Shown piece by piece: positions 47,395 through 53,944 of a DNA stretch of 53,944 nucleotides. A model generated the notes under the pieces. It searched no databases. It saw only the letters and a list, made by a program, of their open reading frames with translations, and was not told the DNA's origin. Made by a program: the position numbers and the translations under genes. This DNA comes from a virus. Its lineage: Duplodnaviria > Caudoviricetes. The stretch spans positions 1-53,944 of IMG/VR virus record IMGVR_UViG_3300032144_000013; one strand, 5' to 3'. Positions within the stretch are counted from its first letter, which is position 1; the number at the start of each line of letters is the position of its first letter.

Positions 47395-48446
47395 GCCACC
47401 TCCCTTTGCTGTTGTGCTTCGACGATCTCCGCGACCGTCTGTTCCAATGAATACTCCTGCCGCCAGTTCGGATAAGCCGCCTCAAACTTCCGCGTGTCCG
47501 TGATCCACCATTTGTGGTCGCCCATGCGCGGCTCTGCGACGTGCTCCAGAGTCATCTTCCGACCCGACAGCCGCTCCGCCATCGCAATCGCCTCCAGCAC
47601 GCTACAGGACCGCTCAGGACCGCCGCCGATGTTGTAGACCGCTCCCGGCGTCGGGTTGTTCACGTACTCCACGAACGCCCGCACGAGGTCGCTGGCGTGG
47701 ATGTTGTCGCGCACCTGCTTCCCGCCGTAGCCGATGACCTTGTACTGCGTCCCGTTCACGACGCACTTGCACAGGTACGACAGGAACCCGTGTTGCTCGA
47801 CGCCCGCGTGTCCCGGTCCCGTCAGGCACCCGCCCCGGAAACAGACGGTGTTCATGCCGAAGTAGCGGCCGTACTCCTGCACGTAGACGTCTGCGGCGAG
47901 TTTTGAGCAGCCGAATAGGGAATGGGTGCACTGGTCGATAGGTGTCAACTCGTCGAAGCCATGTGGAAACGATGGCACGTCAAATCGCGTCTCGTGGACA
48001 TGCATCGCTAACTGGTTCGGCCAGTCGCCGTAGACCTTGTTCGTGGAGCAGTGGACGAACGCTGCATGAGGGCACCATGCGCGCGTCATTTCCAGCATGT
48101 TCAGCGTGCCAGTCGCGTTTACGTGGAAGTCTGCGGTTGGGGCCGTGGCCGCCCAGTCATGCGAAGGTTGCGCCGCCGTGTGAATCACAGCCTCTATTTG
48201 GTCTCCATATCCCGCGAACATGTGCGAGTAACGGTCCGGTTCCCTTATGTCCGCTTGCACATGCCAATATCCGGGGCACAATCCGTGAAGGACTGCGGAG
48301 GTGTTGTCCGTGCACCCGCCCTCCCCGAAGAATTGGCGGCGACAGTTGTTGTCAATCCCGACAACGCGATACCCCAGCGCCGCGAACTGCCGCACCGCTT
48401 CCGATCCCACAAGCCCGGCGCTGCCGGTGACGATGACGGTTTTCAT
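47391..48446 (-). CDS. NAD-dependent sugar epimerase/dehydratase (CDP-paratose 2-epimerase-like)
   Basis: VTGSAGLVG, HTAAQPSHD, STNKVYGD, FGCSK, GKQVRDNIH, YNIGGG. Confidence 0.9.
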   Translation of the reverse strand: MKTVIVTGSAGLVGSEAVRQFAALGYRVVGIDNNCRRQFFGEGGCTDNTSAVLHGLCPGYWHVQADIREPDRYSHMFAGYGDQIEAVIHTAAQPSHDWAATAPTADFHVNATGTLNMLEMTRAWCPHAAFVHCSTNKVYGDWPNQLAMHVHETRFDVPSFPHGFDELTPIDQCTHSLFGCSKLAADVYVQEYGRYFGMNTVCFRGGCLTGPGHAGVEQHGFLSYLCKCVVNGTQYKVIGYGGKQVRDNIHASDLVRAFVEYVNNPTPGAVYNIGGGPERSCSVLEAIAMAERLSGRKMTLEHVAEPRMGDHKWWITDTRKFEAAYPNWRQEYSLEQTVAEIVEAQQQREVA

Positions 48447-48661
48447 GCTCGCTGTGCTCCGCAACCACGACAACGACCGTTCTCTGGTTCGCCACTGCTG
48501 CCGCAGAACAAGCAATCTCCGGACGGCTGCACCGGTGCGTTTCTGTCGTTCAGAATCACCACGCGACACCCGGTGCCGCTGTACGTGGCTTCCCATTCCC
48601 TCCGCAGTCTGTCGCGTGCTTCTCGCGACATTGGCGGCAGCGTCGGAACCGGCATCCCCAT
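48443..48661 (-). CDS. Microprotein with a portal-like segment and a Zn ribbon
   Basis: MSREARDRLRREWEATYSG...VVILND then CLFCG...CRGCGA; ATGA-coupled to the epimerase. Confidence 0.65.
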   Translation of the reverse strand: MGMPVPTLPPMSREARDRLRREWEATYSGTGCRVVILNDRNAPVQPSGDCLFCGSSGEPENGRCRGCGAQRA

Positions 48662-48700
48662 CGCTGTTCCCTCAAACCGTGCCTTCTTTAACTTCGGCTG

Positions 48701-48916
48701 TCATGTCGCCTCGCCTGGAAGTCCGATTTCCAACGAGTTGTCGTCGAACCGTTGGCTCCACTCGCCGCACCACTCATGCGGTTCCGTGCGCGCCCAACGA
48801 TCGTGATCCAGATCCGGGTTCGGTGGATGAGGGGCGTTTCTCTTGCAATAACCCCATTGGCATGTGTCAGATCCATGCCTCTCCCACCACCTACAAACCT
48901 TGCACGTTCCGTTCAC
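48701..48916 (-). CDS. Small Cys-rich phage protein
   Basis: CKVCRWW...GYCKRNAP...WCGEW; start approximate. Confidence 0.6.
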   Translation of the reverse strand: MNGTCKVCRWWERHGSDTCQWGYCKRNAPHPPNPDLDHDRWARTEPHEWCGEWSQRFDDNSLEIGLPGEAT

Positions 48917-48926
48917 CACAAAAACC

Positions 48927-49667
48927 TCACTCCGCAGGCGTGAACATCTCCCGACGCGAACGGATACGCTCCGCACGCGCTGCCTCACTTCGGCACAACC
49001 GCTGCTCCGCTTCCTTCCACAACGCAGTCACCGGCTGAGTCATCGACGCCTTCGCCGATGTTCGGCCGGTCACAACCTCGTCCACGAACTTCGCCGACAG
49101 CGCTTCCTTCGCCGTGAAAATCGTCCCATCAACCTTGCCCTTCATCCATGCCTTGATTGCGTCCATCGACTTGCCGGTTTTCGACTTGTAGGTCTTCGCA
49201 ATCGCCTCATCGATCTTGCCAAGCCAGTCCCGCGCCTCTTCCATGATGTCCACGTTCCCCACCGCAATGAGACTGGCGCGGTGGATGAACAGGTTCGCGT
49301 TCTCGTACATCTGCACCGGTGCCCCGGCCATTGCGATAATCGACGCTGCAGATCCTGCCATGCCCTCGATGATGGTCGTAATCGCCCCATCGTGAGCCAA
49401 CAGGGCGTTGTGGATCGTGATTCCGTCGTACGCCAGCCCGCCAGGCGAGTTGATCCGCACGTTGACGGCTCGCCCCTTGTTCTCGCGCAGGAACTGGCCC
49501 ACGCTCCGCGCGTCCATCGCCTCGTACGGGTTTCCGACTTCGCCGTACAGAACGATCTCGGCAGGATCATCGCCCTTCGCATTCCGCACGCCGACGCGGA
49601 ACGATGACGAACTGGCCGACTCCTGAGCCTTCGCGGACAGGAGAACCTCAATGAGCTGTGGCATCAC
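48927..49667 (-). CDS. ClpP-type head maturation protease
   Basis: INSPGG...IHNAL...GMAGSAASIIAMAG...FIH. Confidence 0.92.
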   Translation of the reverse strand: MMPQLIEVLLSAKAQESASSSSFRVGVRNAKGDDPAEIVLYGEVGNPYEAMDARSVGQFLRENKGRAVNVRINSPGGLAYDGITIHNALLAHDGAITTIIEGMAGSAASIIAMAGAPVQMYENANLFIHRASLIAVGNVDIMEEARDWLGKIDEAIAKTYKSKTGKSMDAIKAWMKGKVDGTIFTAKEALSAKFVDEVVTGRTSAKASMTQPVTALWKEAEQRLCRSEAARAERIRSRREMFTPAE

Positions 49668-51694
49668 GTTCCTTTCTGCTGTTGACGTTCCTCGAACAGC
49701 CGCACGCCGCGCTCAACCATGTCGTTCGCCAGATTCGTCGAACGCTCGGTCCACTGGCTCTTGCGGTAGATGTGCACGAACTCGCGCAACTTGTCGTGGT
49801 AGTTGTCCGCCGCATGACCGTCCAATGACTTCAGATCACGCACGGAATCGCCTGAATACCGCTGCGAGGCCCATTCCAGGTCCAGAATGATGCCACACGC
49901 CTCGGATTCAGGCTGATATTCGCCCAGATTGGTGACGAAATAGCGGTTAAACCGGGCGTAGAACTCGGCTCGCGACTGCACCCATTCGGCAGGCTTCTCG
50001 GTCGCCTTGTCGAGCCACTTCCATTCCCAGTCAGAGAGTTTGTCGATCTCGCGCTTCAGCGCCTTCGCAAACACGCGCCGCGTGACTTCTCGCTCGGCTG
50101 CAACTGCAGCGTCCGCTTTCGCCTGTTCCGCCTCGAAAATCGCCCTTTCAGCCGCCAAACGCTCGATTTCCGCTGTATCACGGGCGTTTTCAGCATCTGC
50201 GCGGTGTCGCTGAAGTATCTCCTCCAGCGCATGCCCGTAAGTCGCAACGTCCTTCTCGCGCTGCTGTCGATCGAACTCCGCCCGCGCCGTCTCGCGCGCC
50301 TCTGCCGTCGCGTCGCGCAACAGCACCTTGTCCATGAACTCCCGCTGCTGATTGCGGATTTCCACCAGTGCAGCGGCTGTTTTCTCGTCTGGAGCACTGT
50401 TTTGCTGCGGAGTCGGCGGTGGAGCGGTCAACTTGTCGATCTGCGCCTGCGCCATCTCGCCGATCTTGTCCAGCGGCATGAGGTTGTTCGCCGGCACGAA
50501 GTATTGGTCGCCGCCCGGGATCGGGTTCATGTCCTCCATAGCGCGGATGTCGTTCGGCGATGCGGCGCCCATGTTGAACAGCACCTGATAGAACACGCCG
50601 CGCGCCGCAGAATCGCCCCGCAACAGCCCCATGACGTTGAATTTGAACCGATATCGCTTCCGCTCCTCTTCCGTCAGGAGCTGGCGGTACATCGCCTTCT
50701 CCCATCGGACGATCCACGGCAGCATCGTGTGCACGACGAACGAAATCGCCTCAGACTCGATGTTCGCCCACGTCGCCCGGCTCAGGTCGCCGATCATGTG
50801 CGGCGGGACTTTGTAGAGCCGCGCGATCTCGTTGACGCTGAACTGCCGCGCCTCCAGCAACTGCGCCGCCTCCGGCGCGAACGTCAGGTCCACCGGTTCC
50901 ATGCCGTCTTCGAGGATCAGCGTCTTGTAGTGGTTGTGTGCGCCGCCGTAGACCCGCTGCCACTGGTCCCGCAGCCGTTCCGCTGCCTCTTTTCCGACAG
51001 TCTTCGGGTGCTTCAGCGCCAGATTCGACACCGCTCCATTGCGGAAGAACGCTCCTGCATGCCGATCGGTCGCAATCGCGATTCCCAACGACTCAGCGCC
51101 CGCTACGGGGATCGGAACGCCAGTGATCCCGTTGCGCGACAGCACTCCCGTCACGTTGAGCATGTCGCTGGCCGGGATCGCCGACTCAGTCCCGTCGTCG
51201 TTCTTCGCGTAGTAGACGATCTCGCCCGGCTGTCCGACCTGGATATGCCGCCATTGCGACGGATTCACCGGGTTCCGCTCGATGTTGCACACCGGAATCC
51301 GGCTCGTGTGAATCGGCCACAGTGCAACGATCGACCCCGAGGTGTCGCGCTGAATCTCCGCGTAACCGTTCCCCCAGTTCACCTGCCGGTCCGACTGCGT
51401 ATCGAGCCACGAAACGATGTCCTGCTCAGGATTCGGGATGTCGTGCACAACCGGATAGAGCGGGTGATCGGTCGCTTTCCGCGTTGTCCTGTCGTCCACC
51501 TGCTCCAGCAGCATTAACGGCAGGCTCGCCAGTCCTTCTGTGATGACCCGAGTCGCCGCCATCGCTGCCGAGTAGGTCAGCGCCGTCTCCTGCGACACGC
51601 GCACGCCCGCCGACGTCGGAGCCGTGCCCAGCATCGGCCACCAGCTCGACTCAGACTTCATGTCCCAATTCGCCGTCGGCGCAAAGAACTTCAC
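49664..51694 (-). CDS. HK97-family portal protein with a long C-terminal extension
   Basis: WGNGYAEI, FFRNGA, QLLEARQFSVNEIARLYKVPPHMIG, SPNDIRAMEDMNPIPGGD. Confidence 0.95.
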   Translation of the reverse strand: MKFFAPTANWDMKSESSWWPMLGTAPTSAGVRVSQETALTYSAAMAATRVITEGLASLPLMLLEQVDDRTTRKATDHPLYPVVHDIPNPEQDIVSWLDTQSDRQVNWGNGYAEIQRDTSGSIVALWPIHTSRIPVCNIERNPVNPSQWRHIQVGQPGEIVYYAKNDDGTESAIPASDMLNVTGVLSRNGITGVPIPVAGAESLGIAIATDRHAGAFFRNGAVSNLALKHPKTVGKEAAERLRDQWQRVYGGAHNHYKTLILEDGMEPVDLTFAPEAAQLLEARQFSVNEIARLYKVPPHMIGDLSRATWANIESEAISFVVHTMLPWIVRWEKAMYRQLLTEEERKRYRFKFNVMGLLRGDSAARGVFYQVLFNMGAASPNDIRAMEDMNPIPGGDQYFVPANNLMPLDKIGEMAQAQIDKLTAPPPTPQQNSAPDEKTAAALVEIRNQQREFMDKVLLRDATAEARETARAEFDRQQREKDVATYGHALEEILQRHRADAENARDTAEIERLAAERAIFEAEQAKADAAVAAEREVTRRVFAKALKREIDKLSDWEWKWLDKATEKPAEWVQSRAEFYARFNRYFVTNLGEYQPESEACGIILDLEWASQRYSGDSVRDLKSLDGHAADNYHDKLREFVHIYRKSQWTERSTNLANDMVERGVRLFEERQQQKGT

Positions 51695-51870
51695 GATTGC
51701 GGCCCCTTCGGTTTACGAAACAGACTCACCAGCGGGATCAGAGCCGCAAACGCACCAAGCGACAGCAATCCCGCCGGCGGATAAATCCACGCACACCCCG
51801 CCGACACGGACACCGCACCGGCCGCATACAGGCAATCCTCGGCGTCGAACATCTCACTGAGCCGCTTCAT
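51691..51870 (-). CDS. Small membrane protein between terminase and portal (59 aa, not in ORF track)
   Basis: MKRLSEMFDAEDCLYAAGAVSVSAGCAWIYPPAGLLSLG; coupled on both sides. Confidence 0.7.
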   Translation of the reverse strand: MKRLSEMFDAEDCLYAAGAVSVSAGCAWIYPPAGLLSLGAFAALIPLVSLFRKPKGPQS

Positions 51871-53483
51871 CAGCCAATCTCCAGAAAACCGCGATTCTCT
51901 CGGTCGTAGACGGATGCGGATGGCTCCGAAACATCCGACGCGCTCACCGCCATAATCAACGCCACCACACCGTCAATCTTCTCCAGAGACCTCTCCCGCG
52001 CCGGCCGCGTCCGCATGAACGCATCCGTCACACCAACCGCGTTCTGCACGTTCCAGTTGAGCACCGGGTGCCCGTTGTGCTTGATGTCCTGATTTCCCAC
52101 CATCGCCTGCAGCTTCTTGGTCGGTGACGCCATCGCGAACGCCTGCTGCGAATGCTTCAGCATCGTCAGCCCATAGTTCGACAGACGCTCGTACAGCCCC
52201 GACGCCTGCGCCCGGTCGAACGCGATGGTTCGGATGTCGTACATCGCCGCCAGGGATTCGAGCTTTTCTCCAATCGCCCGCTGCGAAATGAAGTCCCCGT
52301 CCGTCGGCTCGATGAACCCGCCGTCGAGCCACGTCTGGTAGGCAATGCCGTCCTGCGCCTGCCGCTTCGCCACGTTCTCAATCGGGCACCAGAACCACGC
52401 CAACGTCCGCTTGGACTCAGGGAAGAACAGCACGAACGCTGAAAAGTCCTTCTCCGTCGCCAAGTCCAGCCCGCCGAAGCATTCTTGCCCCAACAGGTCA
52501 TCCGGGTCGTACGCCTCATGGCAGGCATCCCAGAGCGGCATCGGAATCAGCCGGTTCGCGTGCGCCGTCTGCATGCACAGGTGCAGCCGCTTGAATCCGA
52601 TCTCCTCAGTCGGGTTGACCTTCGCCTTCTCGCACTCCCGCGCCAGATAGTTCTCGTCAACGGAGATCCCGTAGTTCGGGTTCGCCGCCTTCCACGTCTC
52701 CGGGTCAGTCCAGTCGGCGTCCTTCGGAGCCTCGTAAATCACAGGCAGGAATCCGGCATCGCATGCGCCGCCGTCCCGCACCTGATGCGCGTACTTGTAC
52801 TTCGTGTTGCAGACGCTTTCCCGGATGTAATCGGCCGTCGTGATGTAGACGATCAGCGGCTGCAGACCCTTCACCGCTGTACCAGTCGTCAGCGCTTCCA
52901 CGAGGTTCGCGTTCCGGTGCGCGTGCAGCTCGTCGATGATGGCAAAACACGGCCGCGAACCATGCTGAGCGCCGGCATCAGACGACGTGCTGCGGTAGAA
53001 CCCGCCCATGTCGTCCACTCGCTCGATGACCTTCGACGACGGAACAATCCGCGTCAGTTCGGCCATCTCCTCGTTCGCCTTAATCATCCGGCAGGCGTCC
53101 TTGAAGATGAGCGCCGCCTGCTCCCGAGTCGAAGCCGCAGAGAAGTATTGCCCGCCCGGTGTCGGCCGCATGAACATCTCCAGCAACAGCAGCCCCGCAG
53201 CACAACTGGTCTTGCCGTTTTTTCGCGGCAAATAGATGAACGCCTCCCGGTATCGCCGCCGCCCGGCCGCCGTCTCCCAGCCGTAGAGGTTCCCGACGAT
53301 CGCCTGCTGCCACGGCTGCAACTCGAACGGTTGCCCAGCGCGCTCGCCGTCCGGGAACGTCAGCATGTCGCGGAAGAACCCGACGGCATCCTCTGCCCGC
53401 GCAGCGTCGAACTCCCACCCGTCGGCGTCGCGCCACGGGTCATAGCCGGGAATCAGAGTTCGGCAGGCTTCTTCGACGGTCAT
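51870..53483 (-). CDS. terL: Terminase large subunit
   Basis: LQPWQ, PRKNGKT (Walker A), AIIDELH (Walker B), GGLDLA, KIDGVVA; ATGA start at 53483. Confidence 0.96.
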   Translation of the reverse strand: MTVEEACRTLIPGYDPWRDADGWEFDAARAEDAVGFFRDMLTFPDGERAGQPFELQPWQQAIVGNLYGWETAAGRRRYREAFIYLPRKNGKTSCAAGLLLLEMFMRPTPGGQYFSAASTREQAALIFKDACRMIKANEEMAELTRIVPSSKVIERVDDMGGFYRSTSSDAGAQHGSRPCFAIIDELHAHRNANLVEALTTGTAVKGLQPLIVYITTADYIRESVCNTKYKYAHQVRDGGACDAGFLPVIYEAPKDADWTDPETWKAANPNYGISVDENYLARECEKAKVNPTEEIGFKRLHLCMQTAHANRLIPMPLWDACHEAYDPDDLLGQECFGGLDLATEKDFSAFVLFFPESKRTLAWFWCPIENVAKRQAQDGIAYQTWLDGGFIEPTDGDFISQRAIGEKLESLAAMYDIRTIAFDRAQASGLYERLSNYGLTMLKHSQQAFAMASPTKKLQAMVGNQDIKHNGHPVLNWNVQNAVGVTDAFMRTRPARERSLEKIDGVVALIMAVSASDVSEPSASVYDRENRGFLEIG

Positions 53484-53908
53484 GCTCGCTTGATGTACCC
53501 CTTCCGGTTCTTCGGCAGGCCTGGCTCTGTCCGCACCGAGGTCTTGCTTGCCGGCGTCAGGCCGAACTCCCGAGCCACCTTCATGAAGTCGTCGAACGCT
53601 TCCTTGCACTGCTTCCACAGCGGGTCGTCGATGTCCCGCAACCGGCACTCTGTGACCAGCGTCTGGTACCGCTGCCATCGCTCACACAGCGCCGCAAGAC
53701 TCTCCTGCCATGCCGGCGACAGGATCCCCTGATTCCGTAGCCGGTCCACCTGCCGGTCCCACAACGCGGAGCCGTACTCGCCGAGATTGGCAGGCTTGAC
53801 CGGATCGCCAGGCACGATTGCAACCTCGCCCTTCCGCTCGGACGTGTGATGCGAACCCTGCAGCCGCAAGACCTCCAGCGGTCTCGGTGGTCGCCCTTTA
53901 CCGGCCAT
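53480..53908 (-). CDS. terS: Terminase small subunit (P27 family)
   Basis: GRPPRP...REFGLTPASK. Confidence 0.9.
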   Translation of the reverse strand: MAGKGRPPRPLEVLRLQGSHHTSERKGEVAIVPGDPVKPANLGEYGSALWDRQVDRLRNQGILSPAWQESLAALCERWQRYQTLVTECRLRDIDDPLWKQCKEAFDDFMKVAREFGLTPASKTSVRTEPGLPKNRKGYIKRA

Positions 53909-53944
53909 GTGAACCCTCCAGAATCGGGAGAATTCGCGCGAGCT

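Larger units (their letters stand above)
1..53944. mobile_element. Near-complete temperate HK97-like siphophage genome, ends at putative cos region
   Basis: Full set of packaging, head, tail, integrase, replication and lysis-like modules; HNH genes at the left end precede terS at the right end if circularised; no host housekeeping genes seen. Confidence 0.92.

Noticed and set aside
45039-53732. Long plus-strand ORFs (45039-46352, 50204-51517, 52485-53732)
   Set aside because: Antisense shadows of capsid, portal and terminase caused by high-GC codon bias

Overview
The window looks like an essentially complete ~54-kb temperate, HK97-like siphophage genome linearised at or next to its cos site, with almost all genes on the minus strand. 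Reading from the right end: terminase small and large subunits, portal, Clp-type head protease, major capsid protein, head-tail and tail genes with a -1 frameshifted chaperone, a short tape measure, a Cys-rich tail-end protein plus a redoxin, a plus-strand integrase and prepilin-like moron, tRNA-Val, an early control region, recombination and replication genes with iterons, many small early ORFs, a lysis-like membrane cassette built round a papain-like protease, extra structural-like genes and HNH nucleases. A Planctomycetota host is inferred from protein types, not proven. Most striking observations: (1) a phage Csr module made of csrA, a CsrB/RsmZ-like ANGGA array, a pseudo-tRNA with an ANGGA loop in place of its anticodon, and an ANGGA-containing terminator in the csrA leader, with no recognisable CI repressor; (2) three microproteins carrying short mimics of portal or capsid segments; (3) a Cys-rich tail protein paired with a redoxin; (4) sugar-modifying enzymes embedded in the head operon; (5) a lysis-like cassette with no recognisable endolysin. 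All calls come from manual motif reading; no database searches were run.
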